Source of the DNA: Takakia lepidozioides
Taxonomy: Eukaryota > Plantae > Bryophyta
Reading direction: 5' to 3'
Assembly (NCBI GenBank): GCA_030704615.1
Contig: CM060733.1
Span: 63,860,001 to 63,924,000 of the forward strand
DNA length: 64,000 nt
Position numbers and translations under genes: made by a program. The notes beneath the pieces were generated by a model that did no database searches, was not told where the DNA came from, and worked only from the letters and a program-made list of their open reading frames with translations. Below, in pieces: positions 47,005-59,479 of this stretch; position 1 is the stretch's first letter, and every line of letters begins with the position of its first letter.

Positions 47005-50000
47005 CTGGAAAAGCATACAGACAACGGCTCATCCACAGAAGAAGTACATCAATCAATTCAATGTCCACAATGGTCACAACACTTACAGCAAAGACAGAAA
47101 CTGTAGGGTTGCAATCCTGTAACACTTGCTCCGCACCTTTCCTGGAACCAAAGTCACGGGAGAGACAAAAACGATTACCTTTAGAAAAGCCCAAAACCAA
47201 CGCCTTGTCTGTTAGGGCAGCGAACTCCAACTCAACATACACGTACTTGAGGTGTACTAGGTACAGGAGAAATATGCAGTGTATATGTTTAGATATACAA
47301 GAAGTATACGCTGACCCAAGGTCAACTAGGGTTAGTTACGGGACATGAGACATGACTCATGTTTTTCATCCAAGTCCCTGGGATGGGAATCTTATCCAGA
47401 ATCTTAAGCCCGGGCACTAGAATCTGTCCCGGGCTTTTGGAACATTAAGCCCGGGATAGAGAATAGTTTAAGAATATCTTTTGGCCCGGGCTAGAGAATA
47501 TCCTAGAGAATTTTAGAATCTTATGCCCGGAGAATCTTGTCCCGGGCTTTTGGAAAATTTACTAGTATGGCCTTTTTGGGCTTCCGTAGGTGACACGGGC
47601 GGGGGATCGTCGGCACGTGCATCAGGGAGGGACGGCGGGGATGAAGCGCGGGCGGGGGATCGGTTGGGTCCCGGGCTGGCGGGAGTCCGCTGGGGTCGGC
47701 GGAGATGAGGCCACGAGGCAAGAGAGGGGGCGGTGGGGATGTGGCGGGGGAGCGGGAGCGGGCCGGGAGAGGGGCCGGGGGGGCCGGGCGGAGGAGGATG
47801 GGGGTTGGGGCCGGGCGGAGGAGGATGGAGGTTGGGGCCGGGGGGGAATTTGACATTGGGCGCTCCGCACTTGGCCAGGGCTGCCGGAGGGGGGTCGGGG
47901 TGGGAGGCTCGGCTCCTGGCTGTTCTCGGGCCGTACCTGTCAGCTCAAGTGTGCGAAATAAAATCAAGCCACATCAATATGGCGACCGGTTTTCGCTTAC
48001 AATGCAGAACCTAGGATTATGAAAGAGAAGCTTCGGTTACCTATTCGTCAATTCAAAGTTCCAGTATGTCAAGTGTGGTTCACGGCCAGGGTCACGTGAC
48101 CCTACAATGAGACGATGAGAGGCAATGCTACAGTGGGTGGACGTGGAGGGGTCCTTGGAAAGAAGGAGCAAAACATGTCCCGGCTATGGGCTCTACAACA
48201 CCTCAAGCATGCTCTACCTCTTCCATCCCTACCTCAGCCAAGGTCTTTATGCGCATGTCTTCATCAGCAATGTCCTTGGGTCAAATCCTTTTTGTTGCAC
48301 TTTGTGCTGCAACCAGCTTGCCAACTTGAAAGCCTTATGGTTTGCTCGACTGAAGCAAGGCACTGCTGCAGGGCCTTGATGTGAAGCAACTTGAACAACT
48401 TACGAAGCATACGGCTCAACAGACACCCTCGAGATGCACATGATTAAGAGACACGTGTGCACCCCAAAACTGTGTGCGTCGACGCACGCATTTTGGGAGG
48501 GCCGCAGTTCGAAGCCTCTGCAAAGGTTTACAACCATCATCAATGTCAGACAGTCTTCAGAGATTTGCTGCAGACACACTAGTCATGACTGTACGTACGA
48601 GAACATATGTTACAACCTTGCGCTTCCCTTCAACAGTTTTGTCCTGCATGCAAGCACCTTCTTCACACTTTTCAAGCGGAATTCTCAGTATCATTAAAGC
48701 GACCAATCTGGAGGAGAGAGAGTAGAAGAGGACAGCATTCTGACACGAATTCAAGTGTGTGATACTCGTGACTACCGTTGCGAGGATGCTTCCCCAATTT
48801 TACTGCTCAACAGAACAACTCAAACTCCGGTTTGGACGAAGATTAACATTAAAAAGCTTGGATTTTGGTCAGAAACTGGGCAGTTGGTTGTCACCAGCAA
48901 AAAAAGGACCCAAGTTTATAGACAGTTGCAAACACAATCCTGCCCGTCAAGCAATGTTACATGATTGCTTTACACTGGACTGTAATAGTTCTCTGCCTTC
49001 GTGTTCATGACCAGGCACATGCAGGTATTACAGCTAAGAGGTGAGGTTTTTGATCGAATGACCAGAAAAACACTTCGAAAAATCCATTCTGTGGGAATAT
49101 TCAAAACTGTAATCAATCAATGCAGAGAAAATAATAGATTTATTAAAGACCAGTTGTGAGAGCTCTGCAGGTTTTCAGATAGCCAAGTTAATTGCAATTT
49201 GACAAGATCACAGGAAAGCCAATTTCCACAATGGGCAATCCAGATGAGTTCCCAGATGGATGGATCTCTGCTGGAAACATAAGTTGTTCCATTATCAACC
49301 ACGCACTTCACAAAGGAAATCTGTTTCTAACTAGAAATGAACAGGCATCAGCAGACCTGAGAATACAGGGGAGAAGATTTGGCTAGGAAAAGAGACAACA
49401 AGACTGACGACTTCCATTCTCACTCAACCATTAGTTGGGTAGTCCCTATGACATACATAGCAGGTTCTGGAGGTTCTGAAGTCTTAAACTTATCTAAAAG
49501 GTCAAGCATTTATGGGTTGGCCTTCACTCAGAAGCTTTAACTCCTGTACAGAAGAGTTGTGTTCTCTCACAGATGCCCGGATGGATCTGTGCAAGCCGCC
49601 ATACAAGAAGATTCCTCATAGGCAAAGGCAGGTCAAAGACATGTTGCACAGTGCCTTAACTCCGAAGTTTCAAACTTCCGCGTAGAAATCCAGCTCCAGC
49701 TAATTTTGCAACACAATTTTCTCTTGAACTATGGCTTAGTACTTAAGCTACTGTCACAATGGACCTTTCTTGTTATTGCAGAGAGGGATTGTACAGAAGG
49801 TGACACATTATAGGAACATAAAAACTCCACTGTCACCAAACAAATGGGACGTTTAAGGGCTCCGCAGAGGCCTCCCAAGAGATGGTTCACATCATACTGT
49901 CGTTATGGCATATCCACAAATACAGATACAAAGAAGGTCCTCCATTTCATGATAGAAATGATGGACCTTACCTTATTCCATTTGCGCCAAAAAGCATTGC

Positions 50001-50426
50001 CGAGAGTGATTAGTTTCATCCATATGACTCATGGAAGATCATGCCTTGCATTTTCCACAGCTCAAATGACTTCCCTCCAGAGAGATGATAATGGCCAGCT
50101 GTTGAAATAGTAGCCCAACAAAAGCTCATAGACTCAAAATGTGACAAACCAGATGCTATTTGCTGACCCTCACTCCTCCAGAATGAGTGACGATTTACAG
50201 CTTTCTTGCTGAGATGACGTGTGAATGGTGCTACCTCAACATTCAAGAAGAAAAGAGAACAGACTCACGAGCATCCAGATCCCAAAATTACAACTGAGGC
50301 TAAAACATGGACAGAAAATTAAAGCATAAAATACAAAGCCTACATGTGGGAGAACTCTTACCGATGTGGCTACAGCTTCATCAAGTCACAACGATTAAGG
50401 GGAAAATACGGACAAGGGCATGACAC

Positions 50427-51968
50427 CTACAACTTAATTGGTGCAGAGAACAGTTTGTCTGAGAACTCTACAGGGCCAGGTTTAAGAATTACGATGGGTG
50501 ATTTCCTCGTCGCCCGTGCCTTGTGCTCTAGCACAAGCTGCTCTGCAAACCAATCCAGGCGCTCTCGATTGCTCAGGGAAAGCGGCCTTCGCCCTCCGAA
50601 AGGTAGGTGCTCCATGCTCTTGTGGTCCAGCACTTCGTCTGCTAATTTCATCAACTTCTTCAAATTCGCGTGGCTTTCATCGTCGCTTTCTGCAGGCCCT
50701 TTAATAGGCAGCCCTGCCACCTGTTGCAAAGTGGCCAATTAATGGATGCAAGAGGAACGTAAGGCTATGGGTAAGCATAAACCGAAATCCACAACATCAA
50801 AGGGAGGTCAAGCAGTGACGCCATCATGCCTAATGCAACACGACTTGCAGAGTTCAATTCAAAGATATATACCGCAACAATTTTACGGTTCCAGAAAAGG
50901 AAACGAAAAGTAGGCCTGGGTTTTCAGTTCACAGAAACAGATATGTACCTGTATACGCACGTATTGTTTCCGATAGTCACCAAACGACATGCTGATGGTG
51001 TGATCCACCATATCTGAGATGCCATCCAGTACGATGTTTACAATTGGCTTGACCCATTGAAATACACCCCAACCACGCACTGTCTCGTACCCATATGTTT
51101 GGTCGAATTGCCCTGTTCCCAGAGACAGAACCAGCAAATCATTTACTCCCCGCACCCCAGGGAATTCCAACTTGTTGTGCAGAACATGTGTGATAGCTGC
51201 TGCTGTTGGATTGTTCATGACAGTGCCTCCGTCTATGGCTGTACAAGAAGTTCTTCCATCCACAGAGGTCATGTAGGCAGGCTTGAAAAAAGACGGGACA
51301 GCCAATGTTGCACGACAGATTTCCCAGAGATTGAAGTCCCAGGTTTGTGCATCCAAGGCATCGGCTCTCGAGAAAGGGAAAGGCCCTGCGCTTGCAAGAT
51401 CATAGCAGGGAATAAGAACCGGCTTAATGGTGTCACGAAGGGTGAGTGGCCGGCCGTCTCTCACCAAATAGTGCTTAAGCAATGCCTCCAGATACTTGGT
51501 GGAATACCGAGGGGTCATGACACCCCGCAGTCGTGCCCAAACACGCTGTGCTTTAGGAATTTTAAAAAGACCTCTTCCCTTCTCTACGATGAGCTTCCAG
51601 GTTTCCTCGGCTCTGAACAGGGGTTTGCCACTCTTATCACCAGTAAAGAGCATGGTAGCAAGTACACCACCAACATTGGTCCCCGCCGCCACATCGAAGT
51701 AGTCTGCAATGCGAGCCTCTGGATCGCCACTCTTTCTCTTAAGGCAATCCTCCAAGTAAGCGAGGACACGCCCGGGTATAATGCCACGCATCCCGCCTCC
51801 GTCGATGCTTAGAATGCAAACTTTGCCCCTCTCTGTGCTTTCCGAGCGCTCCATTGCTCCACCATTCTCTACCCTCATAGTTGGCCTTTCCCCATTCTCC
51901 TTGTGGTGGTAGAAGTTCTGCTCGGCAGTCTCTGGCTCTGCAAGGGCTTCCCATTCCATTCCCGGCAT
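50427..51968 (-). CDS. pPLAIII: Patatin-like phospholipase, group III-like; exons 51968-50949 and 50720-50427, 437 aa
   Basis: ILSIDGGGMRGI; RIADYFDVAAGTNVGG (non-canonical, lacks GxSxG serine); IDGGTVMNNPTAAAITHVLHNK; LLVLSLGTG; ERLDWFAEQLVLEH. Phase-0 GT-AG intron 50721-50948. Confidence 0.93.
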
Positions 51969-53351
51969 TTTTTCTTCCAACGGTGTTCGTGGCAGACTTG
52001 CTCTTAGTTCTTCGCAGACACAGCGGTGAGAAACACCTCACGTTAGGACGAATAAAAGGAGCTAATCACAGTTCACGTGCGATGAAGGAATTCAACAATC
52101 CAGCCTGCAATGCAGGTCTCTAAGATAACTCAATATATGCACCAAGACAGTCTCCCTGTCCCTGGGAGGCACAAGAGGCAACCAACCGGAGCCACCTTGG
52201 CTTGGGTGCGTCACCTTTTGATTCTCTCCTCTCCTATTTATTTGACCGTTCCAGCATTTGCTTCGCATTACTCCATGCAGTAGACTTCAGGCTCGAGGGT
52301 ATTCGTGCTGATTGCGGCTAAACTGCACCACCAACAAGTAAACCTTGACGCTATGCGAAGAATGATGCAGAGCCTTCTAATTCCCACGACGTCCTCAGAA
52401 GCACCAGAATTCAACAGACACTTCTATCTGGCCAGCAAAGCTTGAATCTTGGCAGCACCACACGGGTCCCTGCTAACGAACTGTCACAGATTTACAGCCA
52501 ACGGACAAGAACCTACAAAATATTCTAGATGTGCTTCTCCTTATACAAGTCTTACGCATAGATGACCGAACTCCGCCCGAGTGAGTGTATTAGCTAGATC
52601 TGTGCCATATCACAAATGTGCACACACGGGAAACTCCCTCTTTTCACTTTTCCTTCCACTCAGCGAAATCAAGCTACAATGTGTAAGTACCATACTATCC
52701 CATGCTGCTCAGTCCGCTCAGAAATGTGCGTAGCAAAAACTCTAATACACTTCAGGTGATGAAGTAGAAGACATTGTCATGCTGCCTCAACATATGCAGT
52801 CATTGAAGAAGTTTTGGAGAAGTTAGGAGCGTCACTAACGCGAGCGCATGATTATAATGTAGGAAACAAGCACGCAGAGGCGTTCGAAAGAGAAACCACC
52901 AATGCATTACTCCACCACACCTACTAATAAGACTACCAACTTCGTATTAAAGACTTCCAGTGTGCCATGCTATCAAGTGTTGCACTGAAATGCAAGGAAG
53001 AGAGGCAGTGGGGCAAGTAAGAGACGAAAGTCGGGGGACGTGGGAGCGAAGGCGAGCGGAGCGGAGCCCTTCTTCCTCTCACTTGCCACCCACCGCAACC
53101 TTCTGTCCACTCTGCTTCCAATTCAAAGGGATCCCACACCGCCACCTGCGGGTCTCTCCTAGGCCTTCACCGGGAGCAGCGGGTGTCCGCCTAAAACTGA
53201 AGCTCGCCAAAACACTGCGGCAACCGGCGAAAGAAGGTCGCCGGGCGGCGAGCTGTAGCCGGTGGTTGGCGAAAGGAGCGAGGCCCGTGGAAGCAGCGCG
53301 GGAACAGTTAAATCGCCGCAATCCCGCCTACTCTGTCGTGTTCGCGTTAAT

Positions 53352-53666
53352 TAGGATCGTTTTCATCCATTTCGCTCTCAGTTTACGTACTTAGTCGTGG
53401 ATGGATGGACCAGGCATCATCCATCTGACGAATGGCCGGTAGCAAGGGGTGGGGCCGGTGGTGGCGCGACCGACTTGACCGCTCATAGCCCGTGCAGAGT
53501 GGCGGGCGGCCACATCACCGCTTGACTTCCGCTCCAGTGGGCCCGACCCCACCCCGCCCACCCGGCCCACCGGGCGGCCAAGAATGTGCATACAATACCA
53601 GAATGTGTCGTAAGGCGTCTCCTGATGGACGGATGCTCTCGCAGATGGATGAAAAGATGAAACCTA
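53352..53666. mobile_element. Putative MITE (Harbinger-like)
   Basis: Imperfect TIRs TAGGATCGTTTTCATCCAT / ATGGATGAAAAGATGAAACCTA, in a TTA/TAA context. Confidence 0.45.
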
Positions 53667-54248
53667 ACTCTGTGGTGACTCAGATATTTATGTGATGAAT
53701 GATTTCTCAGGAAGGGGTCTAACAGAAAATAATACAGCGAGTGTAGTAAATGCTGAATTATGAGAATATATGACAGATATTATGCGGGTCATCACTGTAC
53801 CCTGCGCCTCCTGCAAAACGGCGCTTTCATCCCTTTCGTTACGGCTTCTTAATTATCCTACTTATGACTAACCCATCGCCCAATTCTGTTATTCATTACA
53901 CAACCTAGCACTAATTACTGTATTAGGGAGTTGACAAACTTGTGCTAAATGCTGTATTAGTGATTAGTTGACGTTTTGTTGCTCATTGGCTTCTAACTTG
54001 TCCGTACATAGTTGCATTCTCAAAGCCTAGGCTATGACACTACAATTGCTCACATTGTCAAGGCCGCATATATGTACCAGAATATCACTTGAATTTTCAT
54101 CAATGTTTGGCCTGACTGTCATCCGAGTGGATGCAGAAGTAATGAATGAATGAAATATTAGACTGCCAAACCAAGAATAAAATCCAAGTTTTAATAGAAG
54201 ATTTCAGGTATGTATAAATGATTTTTTCACCAGTATTCCTGCCAAAGC

Positions 54249-54416
54249 AAGCATGCGTAAATTATGGTTTCACAACCAAGCTGTAGCCGAGTGGTAATGG
54301 GCACATACCACCTCAGAAGTGGGGGTTTGATCCACCGATTGGTGTCACAAAGGTCTCCACCTTCCTGCCAGCAGTAGTCCTTCGGGGTCAAGAGACACCA
54401 TAATTTACGCTTACTT
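54249..54416 (+). mobile_element. Small inverted-repeat element enclosing a tRNA-like Pol III promoter
   Basis: IR AAGCATGCGTAAATTATGGT / ACCATAATTTACGCTTACTT; A-box-like TAGCCGAGTGGT (54284-54295); B-box-like GGTTTGATCC (54324-54333). Confidence 0.45.
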
Positions 54417-55333
54417 CGGGAGGTGTCATATATTACTTCATCCCTGAAGTGTTACACTGCTTCCATTCGGAAGATGGACACCTTATCATTACACTATTTT
54501 TTGTTTGCTCCGCCAAAACTAGTTTGATCGTTTGATCCCTCTTATATACACGGTTTCTAAGGGACAGCAATGGAGGCCAAAAAAAGGGTCGTACATATAA
54601 TACTGGATGGAGAAGAAATGGGACCATGGAAATTTTATAATATAAGTGGATAAATGTTATGAGTTTTTAAATCTATGATGGATGAAAGTAGATATCACTA
54701 TTCACAAGGATGAGACTAGCAGCTTGTTCAGGTTGAAAACTGCTGACCTAATCACACGGAAACAATGCCTCATGGGGTGGAATTTGCTCACCTGAAAATC
54801 AACAGGACCCACAGGCCTCTCATTTTAAGATAATAGGGTCTTCAATGGGCACGTGCGATGTGGCCGGTGGGCCCCGCGCACGGACGCCCGGCTCCCCAGC
54901 ACCCCGCCCGCCGCTCCGCGCGGTCGCTCAGCCGGGGCGCGGCTGCAGCAACCGCGCCCGCGCCCCCGTCCGCCGCGCGGCCAGTCCCCCGCCCATGAGT
55001 CCGCTGCCCTCCAGTCTGCCAGTCCGCTGCTGGCCAGTCTGCCCGCTAGTCCGCTGCCCAGCAGTCTGCCAGTCTGTCAGTCTGCCCGCCAGTCCGCTGG
55101 CCAGTCCCCTGCCATCCAGTCTGCTGACGGCGCAGGATCGCCACCGTCCATTCCCATAACCCATCCGAGCCCTCCATTTTTAGGGCTGCAATTCAAACCT
55201 GCATCCCTGCCGCCTGCCACTTGCCAGCAGCCGCGAACGTGCGCACTGTTCTCCTGGCACGTTGTCGATCGTGTCTTGTACTGCGGCGCGTTTCTTGCAT
55301 GTTCAGAAACGTGTCATTTGTACTGTATAGGGC

Positions 55334-58300
55334 ATGGACGTGGAAGCAAAACCCGATGATATACTGATCACGGAAAGCCCGCTTATACGGCCTCTTCGAC
55401 AATGTTTGCAAACAGCAAAACCAGGACCCTTCAATAGGAATGATCTCCATTGGAAGAGTGAGACGCAATATGGGTTTATGGGTGTACGAGTGAATGTTGA
55501 AAAGGCCTGCATACCTTGGGATAGAGTTGGTGACTTTGTCCTGGGAGAGGAGAGTTTGGAGGACTACCCCACTCAGTTTTGGATGAATGTCCATTCTAAA
55601 GTGGAACCCGGCTCGCGAAAAGCACCCAGAGCCAACACATTTCTGTCCAGTATTATGTGTGCACCATCCTCAGTCCTTTTGACGTTTCATTGCATGTCTG
55701 TTGCCATTTTTTGTTTCACGAGTTCTCTGATTTTATACTTCCTCAAGTTGTTGGATATCGATTTTAGAATATTATGTCCAGGTATCAATGCTGCTACGGT
55801 CCTGATGACAAGCGCACCAACAAGGCAATAGTGGAGGATCCAAAACAGAAGCGTGGAGGACCTCTTGTGGGTGCTGGAACATCTTGCCCTCATAAAGGCC
55901 CAAGGAGAAAGAAGTCGGAGTATGGAGAGTCTTACAAGCGTGGTTGTCAATGCTGTTTCAAGGTCCAGCAATGCTATCTCGCCCTAACATCTGTGTCCTC
56001 ATGTACTACAACAACATGGAGCATACAAATGCGCAAGGGAACCCTCGCATGGGAAGTCCGCAGAGTTCAGGAACACCCGCCACGCCTATGCACCACACAT
56101 TAGTGAGGAATTGAAAGCCTGGGTCGTCGAGTGTTTGTGCCGAGGCCTGTCGGTCGCCCAAATCATGATGGAGCATAAAGAGCACGTGATGAACAACATC
56201 GGCTTGGGCGATGCATGGACCCGCGATGATTTCTTGTTGGAGCGAGATGTTCGCAACCTTGCCAAGAAACGTGCGTGGCAAACCTTCAAAAAGCACGCCG
56301 ATGATGCGGAGAGTGTCATGTGGAGAGACCAGAATCCTGCGTCCGTTTTTTTCTATCAAGAGGAGAAATTAGAGCCAACATTCGAGCATTTTGATGGAGA
56401 TTTGACATTCACTATTGGCATACAGACTCCGTGGCAGAAACGACGAATGCTGGAACTAGGACATGACCGTATCGTTGCATGTGATGCAATCTTTGGGACA
56501 AATCATGACAAGGTACTATTCGAACGATTCCATGGACTTGTACGAGCAAGATAGCATAGTACCATGCAACATTCACATAAAATTTGGTGTGCTGAACCTT
56601 TCTGTATGTTTTCATGTGTACGTTGCGGAAGACCGAGGGGCAGACCCATTGTGAACCGCTGCAGACCTCATAACTCTTATGAAGTCTTCTCGTGTAGAAC
56701 TGAGCGGAATTTGCATGCTCTGACCATCTTACATTGTGCATTCCAACAGTTCCCATTGTACACGTTGATGGTCTTCGACGAGTGGTTGAATGGTATACCA
56801 GTTGCCTATATCCTATCCACGAGGAATCGGACAAGAGACCTGGTTCCGTGGATGAGAGCCTTGCGCGATTCACTCCTCGCAGATTTGCCGAGCTGGCAAC
56901 CCAATGCCTTCATTGTGGACGATGCCGAAGCAGAAATCAACACTATTCGGTAAGTCTGTTGGTCCACAGCACCGGTCCATTGTCGAGGTCCACTGCAGCA
57001 GTCCATTGCTACAGTCCACTGGCAGACTCCTGTGGCGAAACCCGATGGCAGTTCGCTGGGCAAATCCACTGGTAGTCCGCTGTCAAGTCCGCTCATCAGT
57101 CTGCTGGCAAGTCTGCTGGTAGTCCCCGGCAAGTCCGCTCGGCAGTCTGCTGGCAAGTCCACTCGGCAGTCCTTGGCAAGTCCGCTGGCAAGTCCACTCA
57201 GCAGTCCCTGGGGTCGGCCGTCCGCTGCCAAGTCCACTCGGCAGTCCCTGGCAAGTCCGCTCAGCAGTCTGCTGTGGCAGTCCAATGGGGCAGTCCGCTG
57301 ATGCAATCCGCTGCCCCAGTCCTAGCTAGGGGAAGTCCAATAGGGAAGTCCACTGGGTAGTCCAATGGGGTTATTCCAGCACATCAACGTCATGGCATTG
57401 TACTGTCCACTGGGCGAGTCCAGTGGCTCTGCCCGCTGATACAGGTTGCTGTTACAGTCCACTCCGGCAGTCCACCATTGCAGTCCGATCCCAAGACTCT
57501 AATGTGTACCATGTGTGTTGTGCAAAATTGTTTTTGAAGGAGTACTCATTTTCCTCTGCCTTTGGCATGTCTGCAAGGCATGGGTGAAGCAATCATGCAA
57601 GAAAACGACGAATCCGGTGACCGCTGTAAACTTGTTGAAGGATATGGGAGACCTCATGTACTGTAGAGGGGGACCACGCAACGAGAAAAGAGCGCTTCGG
57701 TGGGTTGCAAGGAGAATCCGTCGTATGAGGTCAAAATACCCGAAAGGACATGAATTTCTTGACTATATCGAACAGTACTGGAAGCCCAAAATAGCAATGT
57801 GGTGTACAGCAGCCCGCCATGTCCCTCATGCGAACCAAGACACAAACGCAAGCATTGAGGCATACCATGGAAATCTGAAGGCAAGACTTGTCATGGGGAA
57901 AGGCAAGATGAGTGTTCGTAGAGTGGACTGGCTTATATGGGAACTCACTGGCCGTGTGCTAACACACTACTGGTACGCAATCCATTTGAAGACCCACGGG
58001 TTCATAAGAAATGACAAACACAAAAAGTACATATCCAGTTCTATACTTGCGGCACGAGACATTCCTGCTGAGAGTGTTACTCTTCCCTTGGGTCCTGGTG
58101 AACCAGCCTACGTTCTCAGCAGCAACCACCCTGGCACAACATACATTGTTTACAATCCTGATTGCGATTGGGGTTGTTGCACGTGACCCATGGGCAATGA
58201 AGGGAAACTTATGCAAGCATCAGGTCCGTGTCCTGAAGATGCTTCACCCTGACCTGCAGGATGGCCTCCTTGTGCGCGCTTGTGGCACGGCGCTGGGAAC

Positions 58301-58781
58301 CATTCATGGAGGATTACCTAACTTGCTCTTGGGCAATGGTGCCGGCGGCAACGACGAATCCAATCAGTTCATGGAAAGACATCATCCGGACGACTTCCCC
58401 TACGACGAGGCACCTCTGGAGGTCTCAGCCTCAATGGAACAAGAATTCGCGGACATACTTCGCATTGTAGGTGATGACAAATACCTGGAGGCACATGCCC
58501 GATCTGCTCTTCGTATGTGCAAAGGGCAGCTCGTTGATATCCTGGCGAAAAGTGCGGCTGGAATGTTGCACCCTGCGGCAGCGAAGGCTTTCCGTCCTCT
58601 GAACGACAACAACAACATGTCTCTGAAAAGGAGACGAGATTTTGTGGAGGCCTGGAAAACTCGGCCTAGGGTTTTGTGGAGAACCAGCAAGAGGGTGTCT
58701 GCACCTGCACCTGCAGCACATATATACTCGAAAATTCGCAAGGTTTCAGGTCGTGTAGATGTCACAAAGAAGACAATATAA
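55334..58781 (+). pseudogene. MULE-type DDE transposase with SWIM finger (resembles the At4g13970/At1g60560 family)
   Basis: IPWDRVGDFVLGE; YQCCYGPDD; KRGCQCCF; FTIGIQTPWQ; ACDAIFGTN|FPLYTLMVFD; FIVDDAEAEI; LCLWHV; TNASIEAYHGNLK; RRVDWL; CT*PWAMKGNLCKH. Introns 55657-55780, 56513-56749 and 56950 to about 57525 (acceptor mutated). Confidence 0.85.
56950..57490 (+). repeat. AGTCC(A/G)CT(G/C)GC ~12-bp microrepeat tract in the transposase intron (also at about 54980-55130)
   Basis: Directly visible tandem degenerate units. Confidence 0.8.
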
Positions 58782-59479
58782 GTCTGCAATGCCTCGAAAA
58801 GAGACAAGGTTTCACGTCGTGTAGGTGTCACGAAGAAGACAATATAAGTCTGCAATTCCTCTGGTAGCATTGTCCCTTTCTGAAATACAAGTCCGCAATG
58901 GACTAATGCACAGTCTCCCAACGGACTCCTCCAATCTCCCAACTGACTCCCACACAGTCTCCAAGCATAGTCTCCCAACGGACTCACGCACAGTCTCCCA
59001 ACAGAGTCACAGTCAACAGACTGCGAGCGCCAGTAAGCCAGTCTGCTGGTCAGTCTGCTGCCCACTCCAAAAGTCTGCTCACCACACTTCCACCTCATCC
59101 CTGCAACTCTTCCAGCAGACTGCTGGACAGACTAAGTCTCAAGCAGACTCATCCACAACAGCAGACTCAAAATGGACAGGCTCCAGTGGACTACCTCCCT
59201 AACGACTCATGCCAATCCAGCGTCCCAGCGGACTCATGGACATGGTGCCTACCAGACTAGGTACCAGACCCACCAGTCCTAGCCTCGGCAGCATACTGCT
59301 CGCACATTCAAGCTTAGCAGACTCGGGTGCACAGTGCATGGAAAAATTGACACCATTGTGTCCATTGAGTTTAGTGACAACATTACAAAATATGCCAGCA
59401 CCCACAGTACACAAAAGTGCTCATCACCACTGGAATAGTAAGCGAAAAGACTCGCATTTTTTATTTCGGTACATAGACT

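Larger units (their letters stand above)
33379..47588 (+). mobile_element. 14,210-bp TIR DNA transposon, IS3EU-like, with HECT ligase and captured gene cargo
   Basis: Perfect 25-bp TIRs TACGGAAGCCCAAAAAGGCCATACT (33379-33403 and 47564-47588). Imperfect inverted similarity extends inward to about 33624 and 47247, with CCCGGG repeats. 6-bp TSD GGTGAC at 33373-33378 and 47589-47594. Internal integrase-type transposase. Confidence 0.92.

Noticed and set aside
33379-47588. Reading the two inverted repeats as ends of two separate MITEs
   Set aside because: The identical 6-bp GGTGAC flanks outside perfect TIRs, and the continuity of the G-rich host repeat, favour a single element.
54278-54345. Bona fide tRNA gene
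   Set aside because: B box is mutated and I could not fold convincing acceptor and anticodon stems.
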